Source of the DNA: a phage
Length of the DNA stretch: 64,000 bases
Direction: 5' to 3' (one strand)
Sequence record: PZ000613.1
Numbering within the stretch: the stretch's first letter is position 1; each line of letters opens with the position of its first letter. The notes below the pieces were generated by a model. That model was given only the letters and a program-made list of their open reading frames with translations. It did no database searches and had not been told where the DNA came from. Positions 9,405 to 17,718 of this stretch are shown here, piece after piece. A program made the translations under genes and the position numbers.

Positions 9405-9712
9405 GTATGTCTGTTTCTTCTTTTGTAATATGCAAACCAACCGTAATAATTCGTGCTCAAATGAAACACTGTTCTGGTGTCACATATCTAGAGTTCGATC
9501 ATAGTGATAGCCGATATAATCCCGGATTTACAGTGGCGATTAAATCTCCGTGGTTTAATATGACATTGTTGCCGGAAGAAGTAGAGTCAGCGTGTCGTGG
9601 CATCAAGACGGGGAGTTTGAGTCTTCTGTCCTCTAACTTAGGGGACGAGTTTATGCCTTTGATTCAGAAAGGTGTGGCTAACGTTCGTAAGATGAAGGAA
9701 GCGGTTAAGTAA
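9401..9712 (+). CDS. Hypothetical protein (103 aa)
   Basis: ORF overlapping upstream stop; co-oriented. Confidence 0.55.
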   Translation: MSMSVSSFVICKPTVIIRAQMKHCSGVTYLEFDHSDSRYNPGFTVAIKSPWFNMTLLPEEVESACRGIKTGSLSLLSSNLGDEFMPLIQKGVANVRKMKEAVK

Positions 9713-9721
9713 CACCGACTT

Positions 9722-9749
9722 ATAGCCCTTGTGTCTATCAGAGGGCTAT
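9722..9749 (+). promoter_or_regulatory. Conserved intergenic hairpin (ATAGCCCT...AGGGCTAT), copy 1 of 2
   Basis: 8-bp inverted repeat with 12-nt loop then GTGAG; near-identical copy at 15754-15781; no T-tract. Confidence 0.5.
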
Positions 9750-10070
9750 GTGAGGGTGTTCCTCATTAACTTATTAATTCAGGCATATGCCACACCGCTA
9801 GGGAGAGCTTGCTCGAACATCCGGTGTTAGACTAAAACCTGTTAATTTTCGAAAGACTTTCTGATATGTAGGGGTACATATTGGTTTGGGATTCAGGAGA
9901 CTTCCTAGGGGTAGGGAGTCTTCACCAGTTGGAATAAGAGATAGCTCTAGAACCTGAACTCTTAGGCAGAGAAGGTCGGCAATGAGTACGCGGTCAGGAT
10001 TAGTCTACTGACTAGGGCTATCCCTTATATCAACTGGCAATAATGCCTCCACTAACAAAGAGAGATAGGT

Positions 10071-10211
10071 ATGAAAGTATCAACCAAACGTATGAACCGC
10101 CCTGAACGTATGGATGCAGTAGCTAACGGTGCTCTGAAACTGGAAGGCTTCTGGATTCATGCAATGTCAGCTGTTCGTAACAAGCAAGGCAATTGGACCT
10201 ATGCCGGTTAA
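10071..10211 (+). CDS. Small hypothetical protein (46 aa)
   Basis: ATG after GA-rich SD-like sequence; stop overlaps next gene start. Confidence 0.3.
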   Translation: MKVSTKRMNRPERMDAVANGALKLEGFWIHAMSAVRNKQGNWTYAG

Positions 10212-10410
10212 AACAGTTCATGTAATAGGTATGCGAGAAATCATTCGCATTGCCTTGATGGAACACACTGAACGTAACATGCAACTAACTCAAATCTCTA
10301 AGTGTCTTAATTGCTCAAGAGATGTGGCTAAGGAGTTGATGTTCGCATTCCTGTATAATGCAGAAGACGGGACGCTACAGAATCATCTGATTCGTGGTGT
10401 GAGTCAATAA
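10201..10410 (+). CDS. Hypothetical protein (69 aa)
   Basis: Internal ATG of track ORF 10159-10410; overlaps stop of upstream small ORF. Confidence 0.5.
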   Translation: MPVKTVHVIGMREIIRIALMEHTERNMQLTQISKCLNCSRDVAKELMFAFLYNAEDGTLQNHLIRGVSQ

Positions 10411-10414
10411 AGAG

Positions 10415-10444
10415 AGGCTGCCTTCGGGCGGCCTTTGTTGTTTT
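10415..10444 (+). terminator. Rho-independent terminator
   Basis: AGGCTGCC-ttcg-GGCGGCCT hairpin plus TTTGTTGTTTT. Confidence 0.7.
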
Positions 10445-10488
10445 AACTAAGGGACAACTCTTACTTAAACTAACAAGAGGAAGCTAAA

Positions 10489-10665
10489 ATGTCTAAGCAA
10501 ACAATCAAACATACGCAAGCTGGTTACTCTTATGTCAACTCTCCTTGCTGTGGTGCTCGTGTTAATCTGGTTAAGGAAGAGGTTCGTATCGTTCAGCGTG
10601 GAGCTACTGTTGTTCGTTCATGCTGTGTCTGTGGTAATGATATTTTCATTAAAGGTAAAGTATGA
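10489..10665 (+). CDS. Small Cys-rich zinc-ribbon-like protein (58 aa)
   Basis: SD GAGGAAG; paired cysteines PCCG...CCVCG; stop overlaps next ATG. Confidence 0.5.
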   Translation: MSKQTIKHTQAGYSYVNSPCCGARVNLVKEEVRIVQRGATVVRSCCVCGNDIFIKGKV

Positions 10666-10889
10666 ATATTGTTTTAGATTCAACTAAACCAAATCAAAAG
10701 ACTTTCCGAGATTTGAGTGTGGGTTCTGTTTTCTCACTTGATGATTGCCCTTGTGATAGAAAGAAATTCTACATGAAGATTGGGGGAGGTTTTTCTGTAA
10801 ATCTATCACACCCTGCTCATAAACTCTCATTCGCTGGTCAAGTACCAGTTACAGAATATAAAGCAACTCTTAAGTTAGAGGAAATGTAA
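10662..10889 (+). CDS. Early small-protein paralog family A member
   Basis: RDLSVGSVFSL...FYMKIG motif. Confidence 0.6.
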   Translation: MNIVLDSTKPNQKTFRDLSVGSVFSLDDCPCDRKKFYMKIGGGFSVNLSHPAHKLSFAGQVPVTEYKATLKLEEM

Positions 10890-11140
10890 TGAAAAACTTC
10901 CAAGCTGCACCAATAACTAAAGTGATTGAAGTTGACGGTGTAATGATGACTGTTCCTCTGAACACTCGTTACATTGCAATTGACAAGATGGGTTATGTAT
11001 GGGCTTGGAAGATTAAGCCTAGCTATAACGCATTATTTGATGAGTTTGTTTGTACTGGTACGTACAGTCCTACATTCTTAGGTTTGTTTGGAGAGTTTGA
11101 CGGTCAGTATAAAATCATCACTCTCCCTGCTTGTGCTTGA
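10889..11140 (+). CDS. Hypothetical protein (83 aa)
   Basis: ATG overlapping upstream stop. Confidence 0.55.
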   Translation: MKNFQAAPITKVIEVDGVMMTVPLNTRYIAIDKMGYVWAWKIKPSYNALFDEFVCTGTYSPTFLGLFGEFDGQYKIITLPACA

Positions 11141-11147
11141 GGTTAAT

Positions 11148-11324
11148 GTGAGAGTAAAGCAAATCCATAAAGACTACTGGAGAGTCGCTGATAGTGAAAA
11201 CCAAAGGCTTGCAGGAATCTCTCTTATAGGTCAATGGTTTGTTGTAACTTCTGCCGCAGGTCAGTATGTTGGACGGTTTCGTTCCCTAAATGAAGCTATA
11301 TCCTTTTCTATCAAAGGTTCTTGA
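11148..11324 (+). CDS. Hypothetical protein (GTG start, 58 aa)
   Basis: GAGG SD 7 nt before in-frame GTG; track start 11088 would overlap upstream gene. Confidence 0.4.
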   Translation: MRVKQIHKDYWRVADSENQRLAGISLIGQWFVVTSAAGQYVGRFRSLNEAISFSIKGS

Positions 11325-11325
11325 T

Positions 11326-11490
11326 ATGATCAAGTGGTTTAAACGTTTCTTCCATCTCCATGATTGGGAGACAATAAAAGAAATTCGTTTACACATATAC
11401 AATGAGATCGGTCAAATAGAAGACACAGGTACTCGTTATATACTTCGATGTAAAACATGTGGTCATATCACCAAGCGAGATATGATCTAA
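11326..11490 (+). CDS. Small hypothetical protein (54 aa)
   Basis: Internal ATG immediately after upstream stop; C-terminal CKTCGH. Confidence 0.45.
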   Translation: MIKWFKRFFHLHDWETIKEIRLHIYNEIGQIEDTGTRYILRCKTCGHITKRDMI

Positions 11491-11498
11491 ATAATTCT

Positions 11499-11574
11499 GC
11501 GCTCTTAGCTCAATGGATAGAGCAGTAGCCTTCTAAGCTATTGGTTACAGGTTCGAGTCCTGTAGGGCGCACCA
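11499..11574 (+). tRNA. tRNA-Arg (anticodon TCT), CCA encoded
   Basis: Cloverleaf: acceptor GCGCTCT/AGGGCGC, D-arm AGCTCAATGGATAGAGC, anticodon loop CTTCTAA, T-arm GGTTCGAGTCC, discriminator A plus CCA. Confidence 0.85.
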
Positions 11575-11580
11575 CATTTA

Positions 11581-11695
11581 GGGCTAGTATGGGTGCGGCA
11601 CCAGAGTTAGTGTATCCCTGTTGAGGCAAGTGCTTTTATAACAGTGGGAATTACTTTCTTAGTGAGCTTCTGGTTCGATTCCAGATAGTCCACCA
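11581..11695 (+). other. tRNA-like element of atypical length (115 nt)
   Basis: Canonical T-arm TCTGG-TTCGATT-CCAGA, 6-bp acceptor-like pairing 11581-86 with 11686-91, discriminator plus CCA; interior 82 nt has no clean D/anticodon arms. Confidence 0.3.
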
Positions 11696-11714
11696 AATCA
11701 AATAGGAGGTAGTT

Positions 11715-11996
11715 ATGAGTTGGGGTGGTGTAATATCCTTAATCTGTATCTTCCTTGTCTGCATAGCCCTTACAGGCTGCGTACAGAGCCGTCCTGATGG
11801 ATGGTGTGCAGTAGCAGTGGAAGGTATTTGTGTTTCTCGCTGGCACCAAGGCGAGAAGGTTCCTTCTGGTGAAATTGATATGCGTTACAGTGGTATCTCA
11901 TGTCTTAACGGTGCAGCAGTAGATGAGGAGACTAAAACCTTATCCAATGCTCAATGGTGTGGCGGTTCTGTAACAACAACCGGTAAGGAGTGGTAA
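11715..11996 (+). CDS. Predicted lipoprotein, Cys-rich (93 aa)
   Basis: Signal peptide ending in lipobox LTGC; SD AGGAGG 7 nt upstream. Confidence 0.65.
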   Translation: MSWGGVISLICIFLVCIALTGCVQSRPDGWCAVAVEGICVSRWHQGEKVPSGEIDMRYSGISCLNGAAVDEETKTLSNAQWCGGSVTTTGKEW

Positions 11997-11997
11997 T

Positions 11998-12246
11998 ATG
12001 ACAGCTCATTATTGGAATACAAAGAAGCTTCTTGAAGAGATGGCTGGAGGTAGTAGGGTACAGTTAATCTCTATGCTTCGAATGGATGCTCGCTCCTTAC
12101 GCTTCCAAGTAAAGATTGGTAACTTCAGTGACGGCCTTTATTACACGCTGAAGGAAAGGATTAAGAAGACTCACTTCATCATGTACGGAATCAAACCGAG
12201 AACGTACGTTAACTACATGTATTGGAATACATGCTACGATAATTGA
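11998..12246 (+). CDS. Hypothetical protein (82 aa)
   Basis: ATG overlapping upstream stop. Confidence 0.55.
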   Translation: MTAHYWNTKKLLEEMAGGSRVQLISMLRMDARSLRFQVKIGNFSDGLYYTLKERIKKTHFIMYGIKPRTYVNYMYWNTCYDN

Positions 12247-12253
12247 GGTTATT

Positions 12254-12475
12254 ATGAAACTAGACTCTAAGCAGTCACTTAAAACCGTTGAGCTGTCCAC
12301 TCTGCCAAACGGAAGTATTTTTGGTCATGATAAACACTTCTGGATTAAAACAGACATCATAAACGATGGATATATCACCTGTGTCAATCTTTGGAACGGC
12401 TCAGTGGATGGCTATCGCCCTAGCGCAAAGGTGGTGCCTCAGCCTGATGCAAAGGCTACAGGTTTGGTTTACTAA
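12254..12475 (+). CDS. Early small-protein paralog family A member
   Basis: VELSTLPNGSIFG...FWIKTD motif. Confidence 0.6.
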   Translation: MKLDSKQSLKTVELSTLPNGSIFGHDKHFWIKTDIINDGYITCVNLWNGSVDGYRPSAKVVPQPDAKATGLVY

Positions 12476-12489
12476 GGAGTTCAGTATAA

Positions 12490-12624
12490 ATGAAACTCAA
12501 ACGAATGCTTTTTCGAAATGGAATGTACACTCTCCGAGAATCCCCTAAAGGGGACACTACAAAGTGGAGTGTAGGGGATTGGATTTCATTCATAGATGAG
12601 AAGGGCAGCTGGATTCTCGAGTAA
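12490..12624 (+). CDS. Small hypothetical protein (44 aa)
   Basis: ATG ORF with AAGGAG 12 nt upstream; below track size cut-off. Confidence 0.3.
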   Translation: MKLKRMLFRNGMYTLRESPKGDTTKWSVGDWISFIDEKGSWILE

Positions 12625-12635
12625 CAGGAGCCTGT

Positions 12636-12809
12636 ATGAGTTGTTTTGGTGGCGGTGAAGTGGATGACGATGATGATATGGAATCTAACGGTACATGTCC
12701 TGATTGTGGATGTGAGACGTGGGATGGCGTGTCAGTGTATCCTGCCTGTAGTTACTCACCAGTGATCTGTAAAACATGTGGAGATCAACCTTGTGACCAG
12801 TCTTGTTAG
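12636..12809 (+). CDS. Small Cys-rich acidic protein (57 aa)
   Basis: SD CAGGAG 5 nt before ATG; 10 cysteines in CPDCGC...CKTCG...PCDQSC. Confidence 0.5.
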   Translation: MSCFGGGEVDDDDDMESNGTCPDCGCETWDGVSVYPACSYSPVICKTCGDQPCDQSC

Positions 12810-12810
12810 T

Positions 12811-13035
12811 GTGTTAATAGCCTATTTAATAGGGTCAGTAGTATCAGGTGTTCTAATTAAGATCATAGATGTTAAAGGTAATCAGTGTTTCAGAGGTTGG
12901 GATGGTGAACCAGATCTCGGAAAGATAGCAGCTATGGTTTTCTTATGGCCTATTATTGCTGTACTGTTTATAGCACTTGTAGCATGGGCTGCCCTTTGGG
13001 ATTTCATCCTTCCTAACAAAAAGTATGAGGACTAA
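12811..13035 (+). CDS. Small membrane protein, LWPI-motif paralog 1 (GTG start)
   Basis: Two hydrophobic segments; shares EPD...M...LWPI motif with 13178-13435. Confidence 0.5.
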   Translation: MLIAYLIGSVVSGVLIKIIDVKGNQCFRGWDGEPDLGKIAAMVFLWPIIAVLFIALVAWAALWDFILPNKKYED

Positions 13036-13166
13036 TGACTGAAGAATTTTTAAAGTGGTTTGGTGATACCTTCAAAGAGTATCTATTCTCTCCAGAAGAC
13101 TTTGAAGAACTGAAAACCTACACTTGGTTGGCTTGGAGAGATAGCCGACGAAAGTTGAACAAGTAA
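13035..13166 (+). CDS. Small hypothetical protein (43 aa)
   Basis: taATG overlap, SD GAGGA. Confidence 0.4.
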   Translation: MTEEFLKWFGDTFKEYLFSPEDFEELKTYTWLAWRDSRRKLNK

Positions 13167-13177
13167 GAGACGATTAA

Positions 13178-13435
13178 ATGGGTTTACTTGATATTTTTAT
13201 CTCAGTTTACTTTATTGGAGTATTCCTTTCTGTTTTAGTGCTGAAACTACTATACAAGAAAGGTCTACTAAAAGGGGTCATTACAACAGGGTCTACCAGC
13301 TCTGAACCTGATGAGATGATGGTTGTGATCTTAATTGTGTTATGGCCCATCTCAATACTGGCAGGAGTCTGTTATCCGATAGGTTGGCTTCTGTCTAAAG
13401 CATATGATGCAGTTATACGTTTTATATTTAAGTAA
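13178..13435 (+). CDS. Small membrane protein, LWPI-motif paralog 2
   Basis: ATG ORF 85 aa with two TM segments, paralogous to 12811-13035. Confidence 0.6.
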   Translation: MGLLDIFISVYFIGVFLSVLVLKLLYKKGLLKGVITTGSTSSEPDEMMVVILIVLWPISILAGVCYPIGWLLSKAYDAVIRFIFK

Positions 13436-13646
13436 TATCGTGAAGGATTCTTACGAGAGTCCTTTGAGATAGGACTTCAGATCTCCTATCAAACTAACAT
13501 TCATGTAACTAGCCCATAAGGGCGTTACCCTTTAATAACCCAGCCCACTAAGGGGGCGGGAGTTTAGTGCTGGATTGGCTTTACGCTTATTCCTACAAAG
13601 GCAACCGATTGTTAGATCTTACATGCAATATTAACTAATAGGGTAA

Positions 13647-13677
13647 GGGAGGATTCGTCCCCTCCCCCTATTTTATT
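13647..13677 (+). terminator. Probable Rho-independent terminator
   Basis: GGGAGG...CCTCCC stem followed by CTATTTTATT. Confidence 0.5.
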
Positions 13678-13725
13678 GAATCTTTATCTAAGCAAGTCTT
13701 ATATAAATGTTTAATTGGAGGATGT

Positions 13726-14037
13726 ATGAAAGCACGAAGAACTATATGGACTCCTATGCAGATTGAAAACCTTCGGAGACTAATCAAAGAGTACTCGGTT
13801 CAAGAAGTTGCTCAGATTATGAATGTAACGGAGAATGCTGTTAACACAGCTTGCACTAAATTCGGAATATCAAGAGCTTCAATCCGAGTTAAATGGTCTG
13901 AAGAAGAAGACCAGTTCCTTATCCGTAATGCTGGGTTCATGTCTATTCAGAGAATGGCTGACATGCTCGGTAGAAGTTATGCTGCTGTACAGAACAGGGC
14001 ATGTATGCACCTTAACATTAGCCTCAAACTTAAATAG
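13726..14037 (+). CDS. Putative DNA-binding protein with two Myb/SANT-like HTH repeats
   Basis: Two W-x(17-20)-helix repeats (WTPMQIENLRRL...; WSEEEDQFLIRN...); SD GGAGG. Confidence 0.55.
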   Translation: MKARRTIWTPMQIENLRRLIKEYSVQEVAQIMNVTENAVNTACTKFGISRASIRVKWSEEEDQFLIRNAGFMSIQRMADMLGRSYAAVQNRACMHLNISLKLK

Positions 14038-14045
14038 GAATCGAT

Positions 14046-14300
14046 ATGAAAGTTAACGAGTTGAACAAAACCATCAAGACTGTGAAACTCCACACTCTAA
14101 AGAATGGTGACACATTCCGTAAAGAGGAGAACGGCCCAATCCACATGGTGTGTACTGCGTCGTCTACCAATTGGGTGGAAGTTGCACGAGATCGAATTGT
14201 GTGCGTAAGACTGGAAGATGGCAGTCTGAGTGGTCCGGTTGACGGCATCTCTGTCATACCGGTCAAAGTTGAAGCTAACGTTATTAAGGGTTCTAAATGA
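14046..14300 (+). CDS. Early small-protein paralog family A member
   Basis: VKLHTLKNGDTFR...HMV...VIPV motif. Confidence 0.65.
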   Translation: MKVNELNKTIKTVKLHTLKNGDTFRKEENGPIHMVCTASSTNWVEVARDRIVCVRLEDGSLSGPVDGISVIPVKVEANVIKGSK

Positions 14301-14536
14301 AGATTACAAAGAGAGTGGATCGTGTCCCACTTGAGTCCTTAGAAAACGGGGCCGTGTTTAAGCATCCAGACAGTGACACACTCTATGTTAAAGGTTTTGT
14401 TCACGGCACACCTAATGTGTCCGTAAATAATGGACGTACTCTATCTCTTCGTCTACATGACGGGCTTGTAACAGCACCTGATTCTACGTGCCAAGTTATC
14501 CCTGTGTCAGCTGAACTTTTAGTGAGTGATTGCTAA
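14297..14536 (+). CDS. Early small-protein paralog family A member
   Basis: VPLESLENGAVFK...LYVKG...VIPV motif; ATGA coupling. Confidence 0.65.
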   Translation: MKITKRVDRVPLESLENGAVFKHPDSDTLYVKGFVHGTPNVSVNNGRTLSLRLHDGLVTAPDSTCQVIPVSAELLVSDC

Positions 14537-14781
14537 TGAAAATCATCCCAAAGAAAAAGGATAATACGGTTCGATTGGAAACAATCATTCCCGGAAACCC
14601 TTTCGTGGTTCAGAACGGAAGTGCTTCTCCTCAGTATTATATGAGGGTTGAAAATGCTTCTGGTAATATCCGTATAGCTAGTGGTTGGATTCCTGTAGTG
14701 AATCTATTCACAGGTGTGCTGTGTGTTAAAGGTGCTGACGAACAGGTTGAAATGATTCGTATGTCAGTTGTTCAGGAGTAA
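14536..14781 (+). CDS. Early small-protein paralog family A member
   Basis: VRLETIIPGNPFV...YYMRV...IPV motif; taATG overlap. Confidence 0.6.
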   Translation: MKIIPKKKDNTVRLETIIPGNPFVVQNGSASPQYYMRVENASGNIRIASGWIPVVNLFTGVLCVKGADEQVEMIRMSVVQE

Positions 14782-14783
14782 TC

Positions 14784-15044
14784 ATGAGCACTATTCATAT
14801 TAAAGTTAAGAGCAAAGAGGAAACAGTCCTCCGTGTTAAAGATCTAAATATGTCAGATGTGTTCACTCTCCAAGAGTGCCATCTTCAAAAGACTTACATG
14901 CTGACAGCCAAGAGTAGGGGCAGTCAACCTGCTGGAGCTGTTAACCTAGGCACTGGAGAACTACGTGTCATCTCTGGTGATATGGTTGTTGGTGAGAAGT
15001 TTAGTAAAGCTGAAATTATCTTAACTCCACAGGAAAACAAATGA
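14784..15044 (+). CDS. Early small-protein paralog family A member
   Basis: LRVKDLNMSDVFT...YMLT motif. Confidence 0.65.
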   Translation: MSTIHIKVKSKEETVLRVKDLNMSDVFTLQECHLQKTYMLTAKSRGSQPAGAVNLGTGELRVISGDMVVGEKFSKAEIILTPQENK

Positions 15045-15157
15045 GACGTAAAGCATATTCTTATGACGATATGATTAACCAGAAAGGTTTTGGTCAACGA
15101 CAGCCTGATGGTTCAATTATCTGGTTTGTAAACGGACAGAAAAAGGTAACTAAATAA
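15041..15157 (+). CDS. Small hypothetical protein (38 aa)
   Basis: ATG overlapping upstream TGA; below track size cut-off. Confidence 0.3.
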   Translation: MRRKAYSYDDMINQKGFGQRQPDGSIIWFVNGQKKVTK

Positions 15158-15263
15158 GCCCTCTTCTCTCCTCCTTTTAGTACTATGACGCCTCTTTTTA
15201 GACGGCCCAATTTGCGTAGGGAATTCCCTCTACGCAGCCATGACTTTTTAAGGAATTTCCCCT

Positions 15264-15497
15264 ATGTCTAAAGTAAGCGCAATCGATGCAATCCGTCAAC
15301 CGTTCCAGTTCCAATCCAAATCAACCCAAACCTTCAGTGAACCTAAGCAAATTCGCTTGGGCGGCACGGAGAAAACTGTGTTCGATCTGGCTAAAAACAA
15401 GAGCGTTACCGTAGTTGATGGTGGCACTCTGGTTAACGTTTCCCATCGCATCCGCACTGGCAAAACTGCCAAAGATCGTGCTAAGAAAGGTCTGTAA
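15264..15497 (+). CDS. Hypothetical protein (77 aa)
   Basis: ATG ORF with GGAA SD-like sequence. Confidence 0.55.
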   Translation: MSKVSAIDAIRQPFQFQSKSTQTFSEPKQIRLGGTEKTVFDLAKNKSVTVVDGGTLVNVSHRIRTGKTAKDRAKKGL

Positions 15498-15748
15498 TGC
15501 AAATTTCCAATAAAACACCTCCTGAGCCTACTGTTCAAGTAAAAGATATGACACCGGGAGATGTGTTTCGTTCGGTTGAATATCCGGGGGAATTCTTTAT
15601 CCGAATCCCTTCTGCCTCTGTTGATGGTGTCACTAAGCCGGTAACAGCAGTTCAGTTGAGCACAGGTCATCTCTTCCGTTTAGAGCTTGACATGGCAGCT
15701 ATTCCTGTTCCGACAGCAATCCTCCGCTTCGACGGAGACACAGAGTAA
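15497..15748 (+). CDS. Early small-protein paralog family A member
   Basis: VQVKDMTPGDVFR...FFIRIP...IPV motif; taATG coupling. Confidence 0.6.
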   Translation: MQISNKTPPEPTVQVKDMTPGDVFRSVEYPGEFFIRIPSASVDGVTKPVTAVQLSTGHLFRLELDMAAIPVPTAILRFDGDTE

Positions 15749-15753
15749 CATCT

Positions 15754-15781
15754 ATAGCCCTCGTAAGTATCAGAGGGCTAT
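15754..15781 (+). promoter_or_regulatory. Conserved intergenic hairpin (ATAGCCCT...AGGGCTAT), copy 2 of 2
   Basis: Near-identical to 9722-9749; downstream GTGTTCCTCA and ACATCCG blocks also shared. Confidence 0.5.
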
Positions 15782-15982
15782 GTGAGCTATTCTGGCTCAA
15801 CTAACCTAATCTTAATATATTTCCCGTATGGGGCCGATGCTAGGGCGAGGAGTGTTCCTCAAACATCCGTCGGATAGATATTTTAAGAGCAGGTTATCCA
15901 CAGATATTGGGTAATATCTTTTTTTGGATTTAAAGCTTGGCTCTTTTCGGAGAGTCCTTTTTTAAATTCAACGAGAGGAAAT

Positions 15983-16135
15983 ATGTCTAAATTAGATTTA
16001 AAACTGCTAGCAGCAGCGGTAGTGATTTGTGCACTAGCACTGGTAACGCAGAGAACATCTGGATTTATTCAGTGTTTCTTTTCTGGGCAATCCACTTATC
16101 AGTGGGTTATTGACGAGTGTAAACAACAGGAGTAA
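15983..16135 (+). CDS. Small membrane/secreted protein (50 aa)
   Basis: SD GAGAGGA then ATG; hydrophobic N-terminus; stop 2 nt before next ATG. Confidence 0.45.
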   Translation: MSKLDLKLLAAAVVICALALVTQRTSGFIQCFFSGQSTYQWVIDECKQQE

Positions 16136-16137
16136 GT

Positions 16138-16500
16138 ATGAATACACGTCCCATCAAGGGCAACGTTAATATTGAAACTCTGAACAAGGTTGCATCAAAC
16201 CTCGGTGGTATGTCCAACGAAGAACTTGAGCAAGAACTTGCTTGGATTGCAAATGGTATCACAATTGCTAAAGGTAAGATGGCTCGTGAGCAAAGTAATA
16301 TGAAAGCTCACAAGTATATCATCCGTCGTGCAAACATGTTACCGGATCGGGTTGTACATCTTGCCCGTAAGAACTACGAAAGTGCTAAAGAAGCCCTGCT
16401 TGAAGCAGAGTTTCAGAAGCATCAATTTATGAACAACTATCGAAACTTCCGAGATATTCTTTATATCCGTAAATCGATTGAGTTGATTAAAAACCAATAG
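16138..16500 (+). CDS. Hypothetical protein (120 aa)
   Basis: ATG ORF, first gene of the amidoligase-cluster operon. Confidence 0.6.
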   Translation: MNTRPIKGNVNIETLNKVASNLGGMSNEELEQELAWIANGITIAKGKMAREQSNMKAHKYIIRRANMLPDRVVHLARKNYESAKEALLEAEFQKHQFMNNYRNFRDILYIRKSIELIKNQ

Positions 16501-16511
16501 AGGTTGGTATA

Positions 16512-17708
16512 ATGTTTCCAGTAACATTAGAAGATACTGAAGGTAATGTTTTAACGGTCAACCCCCCTTGTTATGGGTTCCTTCAACTTCGAAACTATAA
16601 TGGCGGCGTTGATGAAAATGATGACGAAGATGATGACTACTTCGACCCTAACATGTATGAGGCAACTCATGGATGGAATATGCACGTTCGAGTGTGGCAT
16701 GAAGAAGCTAACGTTCGTAGTGCTGATGGGGAAGAGTTCCTGTTAAGCCGAGAGATGGATATGTGTAAAATCAAACATATCTGGAACTCCGGAACTCACA
16801 TGAAGATGTTAGGTTTTAGACGTTGGAGTGATGAAAAACCTGTATCCGCAGCTTTAGGTTGGGGTGCAATCGATCATGAAGGCGAGCTTAAAAATAACAT
16901 CGAACGTTGGAACGACAAAAACCCTGAACACCGAACCACACCTCGTGCTGTACTGGAAGCTATGGAAGCATTTGTGGACAAAGATCGTCCCTCCTGTTTA
17001 CGCTGGCACGATAAAGGTTTTATGGGGGTAGCAACTGAGAACATCCCTGCTGATCGTTGTCTGTTCTATTTGATGTTAGACCGAACCTTCTATTGTGAAG
17101 ATGAAGAAAGTCAAGTTGAAACCTTCCTCCATAAATGGTTGGTTGAAGGCTGGACAATCCTTCAGGCTTATGTTTACTCACGAATGGTTAGCACTTACAC
17201 TAACCTCTTGGGTGAAACGAAAGCAACTCTGGTTGGTAATGATTGGGATGCTTGTATCTTCCCAGCGTCGCTATTTACAGTTGGTATGGCTGATAAATAC
17301 GCTGAAGCATTTCAAGTGCCTTGGCGTCAACAGTCATACAGAGATGGATGCGGTCACTTCCGTGATGAAGACTTTAAGTGGATCCATTATGAGAATGATG
17401 AAACAGCAGAATTACGAGTTAACAACTCAATGTTCTTGCCAGTGATGCACCCCGATCTAGTAAAAGATGGTTCAGAGATACTTAAAGGTGATAATCTTTT
17501 GGTTAACTTTACCCGTCGCGTGTCTAAAAATGAGAGAACAGCTAACAAGCTAATCTACGGTATTCGTGCCGAGGCTAAAGACCTGTTCAACATCTACAAC
17601 ATCATTCAGCGATTTAGTAGTGGAACTCTGGACCAAAGTTCGGAGTATTCAGTGATTCCATCCTCTGAGTGGGATGGTATTATGAGCGGATTATTTTTAG
17701 GAAAATAA
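16512..17708 (+). CDS. Hypothetical protein (398 aa), amidoligase-cluster component
   Basis: Long ORF with acidic N-terminal tract and conserved Cys/His/Trp; no family recognised by eye. Confidence 0.7.
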   Translation: MFPVTLEDTEGNVLTVNPPCYGFLQLRNYNGGVDENDDEDDDYFDPNMYEATHGWNMHVRVWHEEANVRSADGEEFLLSREMDMCKIKHIWNSGTHMKMLGFRRWSDEKPVSAALGWGAIDHEGELKNNIERWNDKNPEHRTTPRAVLEAMEAFVDKDRPSCLRWHDKGFMGVATENIPADRCLFYLMLDRTFYCEDEESQVETFLHKWLVEGWTILQAYVYSRMVSTYTNLLGETKATLVGNDWDACIFPASLFTVGMADKYAEAFQVPWRQQSYRDGCGHFRDEDFKWIHYENDETAELRVNNSMFLPVMHPDLVKDGSEILKGDNLLVNFTRRVSKNERTANKLIYGIRAEAKDLFNIYNIIQRFSSGTLDQSSEYSVIPSSEWDGIMSGLFLGK

Positions 17709-17718
17709 AAGGTTAGTT

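Noticed and set aside
15897-15905. Perfect DnaA box TTATCCACA in the intergenic region
   Set aside because: A single 9-mer is expected about 0.5 times by chance in this window and there is no cluster
17095-17445. Alternative-frame ORF inside gene 16512-17708
   Set aside because: Fully nested in a longer co-oriented ORF
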